A stretch of DNA of 64,000 nucleotides from a virus (IMGVR_UViG_3300030002_000003:29236-93235), one strand, 5' to 3'; positions 1 through 15,300 are shown, counted from the stretch's first letter. Translations and numbers: made by a program. The notes: a model not told the origin generated them from the sequence alone.

Positions 1-1439
1 TACCTGGAGGGTATAGCACTCCTGCTGATATTATAGCAAGAGCTGAAAAAATGCAAACAATTAACGATAAAATACTAATGCCAAAAGAAGGACAAAGAAA
101 ACTTGCTGGATTAGATAAGAAAACTGCTGAGTTAAATAGACTTAATATATCGAAGCAAGCTCAATTGCTTAACATGAATACCATGCTTAATCAACAACTA
201 CAGGGAGGAATTCCAGCAAATTCACAATTACCTAGATATGACGATGGAGTTACTTCATCTAAGAAACAAAAAGTATCTACCGATGTAATGCAAGGCGGAA
301 GTACAGTTGGTATTCCTAAAGTAGATGTAACTGGTGTTCCAGAGGGAGATTATATTGATATACAAGTTCCAGTAGCTAAGGGTCAAACTATAGCTAGACA
401 AGGAGTGTCTTTTGCAAATAAAGCCGCTCTTGATAAATGGGGACTAAATGTTGACTTTGGTGTTAAAAATGGAGCAGTTGATGAGGTAATGGCTGGGAAT
501 TGGACTGGACAAATGAATAAACTAGATCCTAATTACAAAACTGGAGGGAGTTCTGGGTATACGGACGGAATTAAGAACCTTAGGATTTATAAGGATCAGG
601 CAGCTAAATATGCTGTAGCTGGATCACCTGCGGCAACTACTGCTCAGTCTCAAATAGACCCATCTTATAGTCTATCTAACTATGGACTTAATGGAGGAAA
701 GCAAGCTCCGTCGACTATGACTGGATTTGGTACTAAACCAACAGTTAATAATATAGTTAGCCCTACATCGTCTCCTAGCATAGATGTATCAGGAGTAGGA
801 TACGGGAATGTATTTTCTAGTCTATCTGCAATGGCACCTGCATTGAACAATATGTTCTCGGGTCCAGCTGATGTTGCTAAGCCAGTATACGAGCAATATC
901 TAAATACTAACAATAGATACAATATGGCTCCAGCAATGAAAGATGCTGAAGAGCAACGCAGAATAGCTGCATATAATAATAGATCTATAAATACAAGTAC
1001 TGGAGCAGGCATGGCATTCAGATCAGCAACTCCATCTATAGATATATTGTCTGATATACAAGATAGAGCAAATACCGCTAATATTGGTTATAAGAATCAA
1101 TACAATGCAGTCGCCAATGAAAATATTAGAGCTAATACTAACGAACAAAGAAGAGTAGATGACCTTAATGCTAGAAATCAAGCCTCTGCTAGAAATATCA
1201 AGCGAACTGGATTGTCTCAAATGGCAGAAGGAATTCAAACTAATCAACTTATGTCTAATCAACGTAAGGATGATATGTTTAAATCATTAATATTCTCTAG
1301 ATATAATACTGCAATGTCTGACGCAGATAAAGCCTCATTAGATGCTTCTATAGCAAAGATGTATGGTGGTCAAGATAATATAAATATTGGCAAATTTTTT
1401 AAAAAGAAAACAGGTATTAGAAAACCTACAAATAAATAA
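1..1439 (+). CDS. Virion cargo/ejection protein, 5'-truncated
   Basis: Frame is open from position 3 to the stop at 1439; G/S/N/Q-rich with a helical C-terminus; heads the cluster of giant virion genes as in crAss-like phages. Confidence 0.65.
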   Translation, partial: PGGYSTPADIIARAEKMQTINDKILMPKEGQRKLAGLDKKTAELNRLNISKQAQLLNMNTMLNQQLQGGIPANSQLPRYDDGVTSSKKQKVSTDVMQGGSTVGIPKVDVTGVPEGDYIDIQVPVAKGQTIARQGVSFANKAALDKWGLNVDFGVKNGAVDEVMAGNWTGQMNKLDPNYKTGGSSGYTDGIKNLRIYKDQAAKYAVAGSPAATTAQSQIDPSYSLSNYGLNGGKQAPSTMTGFGTKPTVNNIVSPTSSPSIDVSGVGYGNVFSSLSAMAPALNNMFSGPADVAKPVYEQYLNTNNRYNMAPAMKDAEEQRRIAAYNNRSINTSTGAGMAFRSATPSIDILSDIQDRANTANIGYKNQYNAVANENIRANTNEQRRVDDLNARNQASARNIKRTGLSQMAEGIQTNQLMSNQRKDDMFKSLIFSRYNTAMSDADKASLDASIAKMYGGQDNINIGKFFKKKTGIRKPTNK

Positions 1440-1441
1440 AA

Positions 1442-3340
1442 ATGGGAATAAATTTATACGATAATCCAGCACAAGCTAAGTTCATAAATACGTATGTTCC
1501 TATTCAGTTTGAGAACTTATATAGAGTTGCCGATAAAGCACAGAAGAATCTAGACGAGAATGAGAAGTTAATGGATGACACTACTCTTAACTACTCTAGC
1601 TTAAACACCATGTCTGATGCAGATAAGGCTAAATGGGACTCTGATATCTATGGACCTATAAAGAACTTTGTTGATACTAAGTTTAATAGCGACCAAGCAA
1701 TGAAAGATCCTACGCTACAGTCTGAATATAAGGCTATGGTAAGGAGATTAAAGAATAATCCAACTACATCTGCTTTGATGACCTCTGCTGTTAATATGAG
1801 AGAAGTGGCTAAGAAGTCTGACCCTAGATGGGGTGAATATGAAAAGAATAAACTTAGGGCTCATGATACATCTGCTCAAGGTGTATTTGATGGAAGTAAT
1901 ATTCAATACGAAGGATGGGATAAAGTAGAGGAAGAGATATTTAAAGATCTTCCAAAGGATGGTACTCATCAAAAAGCATTATCTACTGGTAATTGGGAAG
2001 TTAGCGGTACTACTGATACTGACTTAAAAAATGTTCTAGCAAATACAAAAGACTATTTAGCTACTCATCCATTTATAAACGCAGCCGTAGAAAAAGATTT
2101 ACAGGATGGAAACATACCTAAATCTTATTACAGTACTGACTCCAAAGGAAATGTACTTGTAGATCCTTCTACTGGACAACCATCCGTAGATAAATTTAAA
2201 TATGCAGAAGACAAGATATATGCTTTAGCTAAAGCTAGGGAACACTTAGACTATAAGTATATAGGAGATAAGATTAGAGCTAATAGGCCTACATACTCAG
2301 GCGCAGAAAGTCCTCAGCAGTATTCTATAGTTCAAGAGGAGAATAACCTATTAGGAGGACAAGTGCAATCTAATTTAAGAACCGCATATCTAGAAGCTAT
2401 TGGAAAACAGGTAATTAGAAAAGATGGTCAACTTCAGGCTAACACTAGGGGCCCATTAGGATCTATAGGGGCAAGTTATTGGACTGCTAATTCAAATGCG
2501 TCTAGACTTGAAGGCGATGTCGCTAAGGCTAAAATAACTCTATCTAGAACAGAAGATCCAGCCGCCAGAGCAAACATAATGAATGTGTTAGCAGGAAAGG
2601 AAAAGGCGTTGTCTAATGCACGCGAGTCCGTTTCTAGGCTGCAAGGAGATTTCGATAATCAGATAGCAGCAGACGTTAGTTTACATAAATATCCAACAGC
2701 AATTGGAGGAAGACAGCTTAAACCAGTACTTACTAAAGATCAGGTAGCTGAGGCCTATAAAACTAAAATGACTCCAGCGTTTATATCTCAATGGTATAAT
2801 ACTAGTATAGGAACTCCATTCCAATTAAAGAATCAAAGAGGCGTAGTAGCCAATACATACACAGTTCCAGGTTCTGAGAAGCTAACATTTGTAGATAGAC
2901 ATAAAAAGCTACCACTAACAACTACTGGTGCTCATACAGATAAATCTGTACACGCCATGAATACTCTTATGAGTTCTGGCAGACTAAGTAATAAAATATC
3001 ATTCGCTCCTACTTCTACTGCAATTAAGTATTCTGACAATATAGAAAACTATGGGTCTGCATACATAGATAAAGGATCTGCGCTTCAATCAGGACTTACT
3101 CCTTATGATATTTCTACACTAAAGAAGAGTGGTATGATTTCAGAACAAACAGTAGAGGTTAGTCCTGCTACAGGAACTGGAGCTACTGCAAAACCAGCAA
3201 AAACGGTTACATACTTAGTTATTCCAACTACGTATAATATACCAGCAGAATCTACATCTCCTGGATATGAAGCTGCAAGAGTAGACCAAAAGAATCCAAA
3301 TTTCATAGCTAATCCAGCTCATTACGGATTAAACAAATAA
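1442..3340 (+). CDS. Putative ejection/cargo protein (632 aa)
   Basis: Long ORF with N-terminus MGINLYDNPAQAKFINTYVPI, directly upstream of the virion RNAP gene and tightly coupled to its neighbours. Confidence 0.65.
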   Translation: MGINLYDNPAQAKFINTYVPIQFENLYRVADKAQKNLDENEKLMDDTTLNYSSLNTMSDADKAKWDSDIYGPIKNFVDTKFNSDQAMKDPTLQSEYKAMVRRLKNNPTTSALMTSAVNMREVAKKSDPRWGEYEKNKLRAHDTSAQGVFDGSNIQYEGWDKVEEEIFKDLPKDGTHQKALSTGNWEVSGTTDTDLKNVLANTKDYLATHPFINAAVEKDLQDGNIPKSYYSTDSKGNVLVDPSTGQPSVDKFKYAEDKIYALAKAREHLDYKYIGDKIRANRPTYSGAESPQQYSIVQEENNLLGGQVQSNLRTAYLEAIGKQVIRKDGQLQANTRGPLGSIGASYWTANSNASRLEGDVAKAKITLSRTEDPAARANIMNVLAGKEKALSNARESVSRLQGDFDNQIAADVSLHKYPTAIGGRQLKPVLTKDQVAEAYKTKMTPAFISQWYNTSIGTPFQLKNQRGVVANTYTVPGSEKLTFVDRHKKLPLTTTGAHTDKSVHAMNTLMSSGRLSNKISFAPTSTAIKYSDNIENYGSAYIDKGSALQSGLTPYDISTLKKSGMISEQTVEVSPATGTGATAKPAKTVTYLVIPTTYNIPAESTSPGYEAARVDQKNPNFIANPAHYGLNK

Positions 3341-3354
3341 TATAGCAATTTCTG

Positions 3355-6300
3355 ATGAAGAGACCAAAAATAGATAAAAGAATTATAACTCCAGGTGCAA
3401 TGGCAGACTATGCTAAGAGGGAAGCCTCTTGGTCTGGTATGCTTATGAGCGCAGGTGATTTGAGCGTCGGCAATTACAAAAAGGTTGCTCCAGAGGCTCC
3501 TGAGGTAGATACCGAGGCTCAAGACAAAGAGATTGCTAGAAAAGTTGATGTAGCTGTTGCTGAAAAACTAAAAGCAGCCGAGGCTGGGAAAGTAGATACG
3601 AATCTTATTCCTAAAGAGGATAAAGCTACTGAAGCTCCAACTAATCCTTTAGAACAGAAGCAATGGGAAGTTAATCAGAATAACTGGTTTGAAGCATACA
3701 AAAATAAGTTAGGCCCAAAATCATATCCATTGACTACTGGTCCATCTGAGACTCCTTTGTTTGACTCAATGAAGGAAGGGGCTAAAAATACCATAAACTT
3801 TGTAAATACTGGCCTTAATCAGATATTTGACTTTCCTGCAACCTTGTCTGATATTGGCTCACATGCAGTTAAATTCGCCGCTAAATCTGCAAATGAGATA
3901 GATCAATTTGGGAAGGCTAATTATTTCTCTGACTCATGGAAAGCTACTGCAAATGGATTTGATGATTCACATATAAGTAAAGCCGCTGGAGAGCAAGTTG
4001 AAGTATTAGGTCAGGCTAGAGACGGAATAGAAACTATGTCTGATGTAATTAAGACTGACCCTACTATGCAAGAAGCCCTTCTAGCTTATAATGAGTGGAG
4101 TAAAAGACCAGATAAGATGGATGATGGAAATGGAATGCCAGTTTGGGATCAAGTTCAATCAGATCTTAGGCCTGCATTCGATAAACATTATAGTACTATC
4201 AAGAAATATATAGAGGCTAGAGATAAGTTTAGTCCTAATATGTTTAACACCGGTGAATCATTTGAAAAGACTGCTCATAAGGCTGGCTTATTAGATGGTA
4301 TTGGTAACTTTGTAGATCAATTAGGAAATTCTATTACTGGCGTAGATGAAAATAATTCATTAGCAGGGAATGTTAGTAGATCTGGAAGTGGCGCATCTAA
4401 TGCAGAAGCGTATCCAAAAGGATTCACTCCATATATGCAACCTGATGGCAAACCCGTTCCTAACTACGCGCTTCCATCAACAGAAGAGCTTTTTGGTAAA
4501 GGTCCTGGATATGACATGCGTGCTACAAATGGGTATCTGAATGCTATGAATAAAATAAATCTTCAGGATATGAAAACTGAAGAAGACGTTGCATGGCACA
4601 TGAGACAAAAGAAAGCTCGTGGAGACGCTTCTAATGCATTCCTTGTTAAGCAAAATCAGAACGATAATATACTGTTTTCTATGCCTTCTCAGGTAGGTAT
4701 ATCTTCAGGCGATGTAACTACTCAATTTGCTTCTACAGGCCTGTCAATGGCTTTAGGTGCAGCCTCAGGGGTATCTAAGAACCCATTTATAAAGGGTGCT
4801 ATTACCGCTGTTAATTTTGGTTCCAATTTAGCCTTAAATGCATACCAACGTAAGCATGAAAACTGGATGGAGCTTGATGATAATCATAGAACTAAGGTTA
4901 ATGAGTATCTAGCTAAGAATGGCGGTGGCGACAGCAATATGCTGTATAACCAATCGGACGATAAGATATTAAAACCATTATTAACTGATGGTGCTGGTGG
5001 GGACGAGGTAAATAAAGCTAGACAGGAGTTAAAAGAAAACGGAGCATTATCTACAGAGACTAGAGCTATTATAGAAAGAGGTATATTATCTAGACGTATC
5101 AAGACATCTGATAAAGTAACTAATGATGCATTAGCTAATGGTGACGTGAAATTGAAAGAATACATGAAGCAGAATGATGCTTTCATGTGGACTGATGTTG
5201 CAGAGTCTATGATTATGTCTATCCCATTTGGAAGTGGAGCTACTAAGGCAATAGAGCTCGCTGCTAAACCAGAAGCATCTGCGGCTGCTAAATTTGCTGC
5301 AAAAACTATAGAAATGGCTGAAGGCAAGTACACTAAAACTATTGGAAAGATAATGCAACATGGAGCTATGATAGTTCCAAAGATAGCTGCAGCTCATACT
5401 GTAGATGCCTTAGGTGAAGCTTTTGAAGAATCAGGTCAATACGTAAATGGTCAGAACTATATAAAGAATCATATGAATGAATATGATTCATATATTGGGT
5501 CATTGATAGAAGGTACTAATTCTGGTATATCTGGTATCAAAATGATACTTGGAGAGAATGTAGACAAAAATTACTATGATAAAGATCAACTAGAGATGAA
5601 TGCTAAGGCTGGATTCTATATGGGACTTATTATGCCTCTTCCGTTTACTGCATTTCATACCGCTACGGAAATAAGGGAAAATTCTAGAGAGAATAGAGCA
5701 AAGTCTTATATAGATGGAGGTATTGGGGCTCAAATAGACTCTGAATCAAGAATTACTAAAGCTAATTTCTATGTAAACGCAGCTACAAAGGGGATGGGCG
5801 ATGCTGTTGAAAATCATATAGAGAATCTTTCAGCTAATAACAAAGACCCATATAAAAAGAGACAATTCCAAGACGAAGCTAAATTCGCTAAAGAGGTTCT
5901 TTCTGTTGCAGATAGCCCACAGGTAACTAAGTTTGCTAAAAATAATGGAAAATATGGATCAGAAGATCATAAATTACTCACCTCTTTAATAGTTGACCAT
6001 AGTGCGGCATATGAGGATGCTGTAAAAAAGGTTGATGAATCTAATTCTATACTTGATAAATCTAGTAAGACTGACTTTGAATCTGACTTTACATTCCAAT
6101 CTGCATTTAATCAAATAAATAGTAGGAGAGAGGATGGGAGTGAGGCTATTATACCAAAAAATGTTCAACAGGAGTTGCATTCTCTAATGGCGGAAAAGCA
6201 GGCAACGGAGGTTTTAATTAACTTTAAAGAACTTAGTGACGCTCATGACATAGATAGAAAAGATAAAACTGTAAACTCTCCACAGAATAAGCAATTTAAG

Positions 6301-9300
6301 TCTGATTTAAAATCAAGACTTATGTCTATAAATAATAGAATAAATTCATTTGCTGATGTGATGAGTATACCTAAGGAAGAGTTCAATGATCTTCCAATGG
6401 CTAAGTCATCTAATGAGAGTAAAACTGCTCTATCAACAGGAATAGCTGCTCAGGAAGGATCTAGATACGATTCTGACGTTGTTAATGCTTTATCTGGCTA
6501 TGAATCTAAAAGAAATTCAAACGGAGAGCAGTCATTCAAAAAGATGAGTGATGCTAAACATACTGCTACAGTTTTAGATTATTTAGATAAATATAGAGCT
6601 GCTAGACAGTCAGAGGACGAGACTGAAGACAATTTGCAGTCTCGGGAGGCTGAGAAGGCCTCTAAGGACGATTCTAAGACAGTTTTAGAGGAAAATGGTA
6701 TTCCGCATCCAGGAACTCATGAAGAACCCGCTACGGAGCTAGAAATGGCACCAGCAGAGGAGCCGTTAACTACGGTAACTTCATCGGTTGAGCCAACAGA
6801 AGAGACTAAGCCTGTATCTACTGAGGCACCGCAGGTTCAAGAAGAACCAATTAAAGAGGTATTACCAGAAGAAGATGTAGAGACTAGTTCAAAGGAAACT
6901 CCAGAATCATCTGATGTAACTCCAGAGCCTGCTCCAGAAGTACAAGAAGAACCACTAGCTCCGACCGAACCAAAAGGAGAACAGTCTGTAGAGGCTGAAG
7001 AAAAAGCTACTAAAGAAACAATATCTACTGAAAAGCAAGCAGGTAGAAATACCTTTGCGTATGCCAGTAGAATGTTTTATGGCGTTACGGCTAATGCAGT
7101 TGCACCTAAAAGTATAAATGGACAAAGAGTCAAATCACACGAAGAATTAGGTAAATTACTCGCTACTAATGATTTCTTGGTTGACACCGAGATTGAATTT
7201 ACTATGCAGGATAAGAATCCTAATATAGGTGGGTTTATACCCGGTCATAGAACTACTTATGATCAAGCGGCTATTATTGCTGTCATAAATAAGAAGAGCG
7301 GCCCAATGAAGGGTTACTATGTAGCTATGGTTACAGACCCGTCTGCTAATACTGCTACAGTAAGGAGTATGCAAGAAATTATTGCATTGTCTAACTTTAG
7401 ACGAGGAATAATAGAATCTATAGCATCTAATGAGACGCTTCCTTCTGATAAAAAAGTAAAGGTTGTAGCTTCTGTAGTAAAGGTAAATGATGGAGAAATC
7501 AAAACTCTTCTAGTAGATGGTCAGTCCGTTATACACGAACAGCGTAATATAGCTGACGTTCCTGGATTTGGGCTACCAATGAAAGACGGTAAGGTGGTAT
7601 GGAGTGAAGTGTCTAGCGAAACCATTGGATTGCACCTTGGAAAAGGAGATCGTGGAGATAGAGCCATTATGGATGCAGATCAACATGTCGTTTCATATGT
7701 TAAAGATGAGAGTAACTCAGGTAATGCGTTCATAAGCGTAACTACTCCAGTAAGAAAAGATAAGAGAGAAATTAAGGTTAATCAAAAACAAATTAAACGT
7801 GAGACTCAAGAGGTAATTGATTTAATATATGACTTAGTTATAAATAAAGCTGCATCTGATGCAGAACGTATATATACCAGTCACAAAGGAAAGCAATTAG
7901 ATACTGGTGTATCTGCATTCTCATTGTTAGATAAATTAATTAACTTCGGCGAAAAGACTATAGTTCAAGAATCTAGAACTGAAGAGGAGCGTAAATATTT
8001 ACTTCCAAAACAATTCTATATTAGCTCTGACTCGGCTGCTAGGTTTATTGTATATGGAGAAGACTCTATGACTTTAGATCAAGCTAAAACTGAATCTGGA
8101 GCTAAGATTATAAAAGACTTCATAGTTGGTGGAATGCACTGGAACTTAGAGAAGAATCACCTATCTATAGAGGGTACCCCAGTAAGAGTTAATCAACTAT
8201 TTCCTCAATTAGACTATCTGTTTAATGAAACTAATCTTGGAATAGATAAAGTTGAGTTTGCAAAAGGATTTACAATAACTAAAGAAGACGTCAATAGTTT
8301 AACATGGGCTGCATGGATGCTAAAGAACGGTAAGATTACAACTGATGCTATTGATGGTATTTTTGGCAATCCGTATCTTCACGTGGAGTCATATGATGTA
8401 GTTCCAAAGAATAGTATTAGTACTCCAGTGTCGTCAGATGGTGGTTTAAGGGGCCTAGGAGCCTCTGAGAGCGTCGTAAATAACTCAATTAATGATTCTG
8501 TTCAACCAGATAAATCGTTCGTTACAGAGCCTACAGTAGAGCGTGAGATATCACCAGATTCTTATGACGAGCTTCCTTCGTTTGACGATCTGATGAATTT
8601 TGATCTAGAGGGAGCTCCAAAAGAAGTTAATGGTCCAGTAACCAAAGAGATGAACTCTGATATAGAGTCCGCTTGGTTGATGGACAAGTTAGGATTAAAC
8701 GAGGACGAAATCGATATTAGAGACGAAATTATCAAATTAGCTCATGATAGACGCGCTATGGGGCTTATGGCAGAGTCATCTATAGTATTATGGAATAAGG
8801 GCGAAGCAGGTACTGCGTATCACGAAGCATTCCACAGGGTATCGTTATTGCTATTAAATCAATCTGAAAGAAACAGAATATACAGTTTGGCCAGAAACTC
8901 AAACTCTGAGTTAACTAACGCTACTGAAAAACAAATAGAAGAGCACTTAGCTGAATTATTTAGAGAGCAGATGCTATCTCCTACTCACGTATCTGACGTA
9001 CTAGGAATTAGAAAGTTCTTTAGAAAAATCGCTAATACAACAAGAAGGTTCTTGGGTATGACTCCTAGAACCATAAACAGATTATTTAAAGATATCCAAC
9101 TTGGCGCTTACTCTGACGTAAAAGTAGATAGATCTAGCTTAAATAGATTCAAAGAGGCTTATACTGAAGGTGCTGAATATGGAATCAAAGAACTTAAGCT
9201 TAGAAATATAGGCACTTACTCTGAATTGTTCGCAATTAGAGATTCTTTAGTATATGCAATGTTCCAATTGAATAACGTTGCTGCTATCGGTGATATAAGC

Positions 9301-12300
9301 GACCTAGATATGGGTACACTTAAGTCCTGGATAAAGAAAGTTTCGGCTGATAAATCAAACGAATCGAGGTCTGCGTTATTTACTGAAATAGATGAAAGAT
9401 TTGAAGACATATTTAAGCCAAAGATAAATCAATTCTTGGCCGCAATGGACATCAAAGAAGTAGATGAAGACAACAGAACAGAAAGCGATTCTAATCAAAT
9501 AGCTGATGAGGCCGCTGATCACTCTAAAGCCTCTTATGAAATATCTAAGGCTGATAATACTAGGGCGTCTGTTAAGATGTTTATAGCTACTATGCCTAAC
9601 TCTGAGATGATAGATGGCAAACCTACTGTATCGTTAGAACCTTTAACTGGAATACCTACATTCGTACCATTTGTTCCTTCATGGAATAAGATGATTAGCG
9701 AATTAAGCGACATGAGTACAGTTCCTATGATGATAGAGAAGATAGACCGCTTATCAAAAGTAGATCCTTTCTATAAACTATTACTAGGCAGACTTAATAA
9801 GGTAGATGCTAAGACCGGTAAGATGATGTTAACCGATCAATTTATTACTCAGTTCTGGGGATCGTTGTTCAGTATGCGTCACCAATTTATAAACATTGGA
9901 TATAGGGAAATAGCTGAGTCTAAGGATGATATAAGAAATCTATTCGTAATTAGAGATAGTGATGTTGAAAGAGCTACTAGAGAATTACCTACTCTGTGGG
10001 GACAATCTTTTGCTGAGAATCCATCGTTGTTTCCAACCGATGAAAATGGAGATAAGTCGTTTAATAAAGAGTACGCTCAATCTATAAAAGATAGATACTT
10101 AACTGGACTATTGTCTCAGACTAAACCGTCTAAAGATAAAACTAAACAGATTGATCTTAACGTAGAGGAAAATAGAAATGCCGTACTCGATGAAATAGTA
10201 GACCTATATAATATGGTAGGTATTGCTATTGATAGAGATACATTAAACTACATGCTTCAAGGTAAAAAAGGAACTGCATCAGAAATGGTTGCAGAACTTA
10301 CAAAATACCTAACAGATACTAAATCTGGCAGTATGAGCATCTTGTTCAATAATGTAATGTCGTCATTAATAAAAAATAATGGAGAACTACTTAAATCTGC
10401 CAAGAATAGAAAGTCCGAAATACGTAGAGAGGTTAAAGAGATATTCCTGAATGAGAAGTTTGCAGAAAGACTTGCAGTAGCTCAATCTAAATCTCACAAA
10501 TCATATGTAGAGGCAACTGTTATTGGTGCTGATGGAGCTAAGCTTTATCAAGTATCTCAAAACAATATTATATCTGATACAGTTAGAGAGTTAAATACTA
10601 ATCCGGAATTAGTTAATAATTTAATTAATACTACATATGTAGGTGGATTTGTTAACGCTAATGGAGTTAGTACTGGATCTAGAGTCTTAAGACAATTAAA
10701 GGATGGTACCTCCAAAGGAATAGATTTAAAGACATTTGTTAAACTTACTGAAGAGGGAGCTAGAGACAAAGGACGCGACTACTTATCTATATCTGATGCT
10801 GAGGATTATGTTATGAAAATGTCTGCTTTAGCAAACGATTACATGACTATTCCTACTATGGCGGATAAGAAGACGTATATGTTCGTTTCTGGAGTAGAGT
10901 TAATTCACCAGCCCATAGTATACTCTAGATTTATCAAGCAAGGAGCTGATGGTAAAAACGTTGCTGATATTACTATAGATTTCCCTTCTGAAGCTAAAAA
11001 TCAGTTATCTCAATATATGAGAGCTGAGTTTATGTCGATCAAGAATGCATGGCAAGAATTTAAAACTGGCCAGGATCTTATAAAGGTATACCACTATAAA
11101 TCAAATAGAGACGGCTCTATATCTCATGGAAATGGACTTAGGTTTAGATACTTTGGAAATATATCTGCTGCTGTATTACTTGGAGCCGATGTTATAAATA
11201 AAGATATAAGTTTAAACTCATACTTAGATATAGCTGAAGATACTGGAAATAAGCAAGCGTTTGACGATGTACTTGACAATATAGAAAGATTGATGCTGAA
11301 TGATTACGAAGTTATGAACTCTGTAATAAATGCATCATTAATGAGTGCACTAAAGAAGGAGGTTGCATATGCTGGATCTATAGGGGTTATTGAATACAAT
11401 GGTACTATTGGATCTATAAAAAATAAGCTACTTGATAGAGGCTCCATATCTAGAAAATCCGCAGAAATGGATTCATTGCTTAGTAGCTATGACCCAGTAT
11501 CTGGAAACAAGATCTCTAACTATGGAGAACAAGCTGCTATCTTAGACGCTTTGTCGGAAAACTTAGTAAATGAAATTATATCTGTAATCGAATTTGAGAA
11601 GCTATTTTCTAAAGATCCTGCATTCTACAAAGATACCGATGCTAAGATTAAGCGTCTATCATCTATGCTATCTACTGGTACTAACCTTAGAACTGAATGG
11701 CCAATTGGTCATAACCTTCAAGGCGTAACTACATTTACTTCTGCTGAGGCAGCTGATAATATAGTAGGCAGTAGGGAATACGACAAGGTATTGAATAGAT
11801 TCAAGGCTAATGAGATAAATGAACTTATAGTTGCTCATGGAAAATTATATGTATACGATCTACATGACTTAATTGAAAATCATTCATTACCTGCTGAATC
11901 TAGAGACCAGGCTAAAGAAGATAGGCTTCAAATGCTTCAAAAGTCATTTAAAGAGGAATTTATTGCTGGATCTAAGATAGCTGAAAAGAATTCTGCTGGA
12001 TATGGATTGAATGGAATAGATGAAACTGATGCTACTGTATATATAACTCCTAAGATGTGGAGAAATATGCAAGAAATGCTTGGTGATTGGAACCCTGATA
12101 TGCAAGAGGCTTTTGATTTACTAGAGTCTAAAGAGCAATCATGGGTTAATAATGATGAACAGTATAACAAAGTTGCTAAATTAGCTATGGCTCCGATGAA
12201 GATGATCTACTTTGGTAGTAAGGTTGATTCAGAGAGAGGTTTGGATATTCCAAAGCTTGACAAGATGGCAATGTTCCCATTGTTTAAATTCATGGCTAAT

Positions 12301-15300
12301 GGAGATTTATCTCATCTATATGATACTATGAATAGCAAAACGAAGCCAATCGACATGGTTGCTTTCCAAACTGCTGTTAAAGTAGGTAATATAGAAGCGT
12401 CTAAAATATATACCGATGCATCTAATACGGAGATGGCCGATTTGTCAAATATGGTTACTGATACCCAAGAGTATAAATACTTAAGAAAACAGTTAGTTAC
12501 TGACGCTCACCATCAATCAGAGATGTCTTTGGGTACTCAACCTGCAAAGGCTGCTATGTCTAATATTATTGGAGATAGAGTTTATCAGAATATAATACTC
12601 GACGGGAAGAAAGGTGCTACTGGCAATAGAATCCTTGAGGCGTGGAGAGCTACAAACGTTGCTCTATCTGATAGAGGTGTTGTAGACATGGAAAAAGAAT
12701 TAGGGTTCGTAAAGAATGCTGATACTGGAGTATATGAGTTTAACGAACAGAAGCTTATAGATTTATTCTCTGCCGATGCTGAGAGATCTAAAATGCCTGA
12801 TGATGTTGTAGCAAAACTTAAATCCAATACCAAAGAAAATCCTGTATCGTTACAAGCGTTGCAAGACTGGAAATGGATTCAAAGTAGAGTCACTTCTATG
12901 ATTGGAAAGAATGTTATTGATATAAAGACTCCTGGTGGAATGTTTATTCAAATGACTGCATTCGGGCTTAGAGACGACGGAACTTCTAAGGCAAAAGGTA
13001 TTGGTCAATCAAACTATAAAGGAAGCTACAAGATTAATAATGGAAATAGATTAAGATTCTTGAATGATGATGGATCTATGGATGCAGTGGTTTCTATAAA
13101 CTTATTCAAAGATGTTATTCCCGCTGATATCAAAAAACTTAGCTTTACGAAGCAAGTTGATTGGTTAATATCTAACGGAATAATTGGAAATGATTCAGCT
13201 CCATCTTCTATTGGGTATCGTGTACCAACTCAAGGACTATCATCAATGTCAGCACTTAAGATCGTAGATGTCTTACCTGCAAATATAGAAGATACTATAA
13301 TTCTTCCTACTGAGTTCACCAAACTTACCGGCTCTGACTTTGATATTGATAAGCTTTATATAGCTAGATATAATTTCAAAACTGATTCAGAAGGCGCTAT
13401 TAGAAAAGTAGAGTTCGACGATTCTAGAATTGGGAAGAATGGAGAAGATGCTTATCACTCAAATAGTACTACTGCTTTACAGAATAGACTATTAGATCTA
13501 TTTATGGGCATATTAACAGATCCATCTAATGCTCATGAAACAAGGATGCCATTGGATACTGTTACTGACGAGTTAAAAGGCAAAGGTGGTATATTAGAAG
13601 ATATAGACAAGTTATCAAATGCATCTAGATCTACATATCCATTTGAACATGTAACTCCTGCTTATCAATCTAGAAAGAAAGCTGAGTATGCTGGAGGTAA
13701 AGGTGGTATTGGGCCAATGGCATTAGCAAATGCTCACCATGTTCTTACCCAGGTAGCTAAATTAGAGTTCTTCGATAGAGGCCCTATTAAGAAATTCGGG
13801 ATGAAGGATCTAGGACTTGTGTACGGTAAAGATGGTAAACGTATTCTTGACTGGCTATCTGCCATGATCAATGCATTCGTAGATATTGCTAAAGATCCAT
13901 ATATCATACGTTTGAATATGAATCCATTTACTTACAGTACTGCTGAGTTATTGCTTAGAACTGGACTAGGAAAAGATACTTTCTATTACTTGTCTCAACC
14001 AATCCTTAAGGACGTCGCTGCTGCAGTATTATTGACAAAAGGTAGATATGGTTCAATTAAAACTTTAAGTGCCTATGAGAGGGAGCAAATAGCCATTAAT
14101 GAGGTTAAGCAAACCTATATCAACGCTGCTGTTGATGCTGCTAGAAAGGAAGGTGGTCCTGTTAATGAAAAGATAGCTAAATTGAATGCAATTGAAACTA
14201 ATTTAGATGATTTTGGTAGAAAGATTCTGGCTAATGAGCATATATTTGGTCATGACTTTTTAGTTTCCCAGATATCTGGTGATAGAAATTCATTCGACTG
14301 GAACTATAATCAGATAATGATGATGGAAACATTCGAGGAATTAGCTCCATTCTCTAAAGCATTGGCCGAGCTAGTTAAGTACTCTCAAGTAGATGGTAAG
14401 AAGTGGGGCAACACCCTTATTTCAATGTCTATGTATAATGACAACGTTAATGAGCTTATTGCTAAGGGAAAATCTGGGGTGTTTAGGAATCTACCTGAAT
14501 TCTATTCTAAAACGTTCCTTGGAGCTAAATTGAAGAATGCTATTACAATGTCAAATTCTATTGGCAATTCAATGTTCTTTAGAACTACTCCAATAATGTA
14601 TAACTTCCTTAAAAAGGCTGGAGCATTAACAGGATCTAGAAAACTACTTAGCTCTGAGACTGTAGAGTCTATTGCAGATGCTACTGATTCACTTATTAAG
14701 TCAGAGTTCTTTATCAATAGGGCTAATAAACAGGGAGTTGAAATAAAAGACTTATTCTATGGAGCAGATTCAATGGCTAGACGCCTATATAAAATAAAGG
14801 ATAAAATAGCCAAGGCTGACAAAAATTCATTGTATTTAAGCTTAAAGAATAACGTATTTATCAATCACCTTAAACCAGATATAGCTACAGTTAGGTATAT
14901 TGAAACTAAGGATGAAGCTGGAAATGTTATCTCAAATAGAGACGAGTACAATCAAAGACCTGATCATATTCTTACAGACAGTGCCAACAATTCTGACCCA
15001 AATTACGTTACTATGTTAAAAGAGTATTGGGCAGAGCTATTGGACAGCCCTATAGAGGACGTTAATAAATTTGCTAATGACTTTATATTATATCAATTCT
15101 TCTCTAATGGAGAGAATGGTGCAATAAACCAAGTAAAATTAGGAGAGGACGTTAGAACTGATATAGGATTAGAGAAATTTATTAAAGATAGAATGAAAAA
15201 TATTGCTAATGGTGAATTACCATTTGAATATAATGAAGCTATCAGAAGTATATTTGTTAATAGATGGTATGATGACGACCTAGTTCCTTATGTTAAGCTA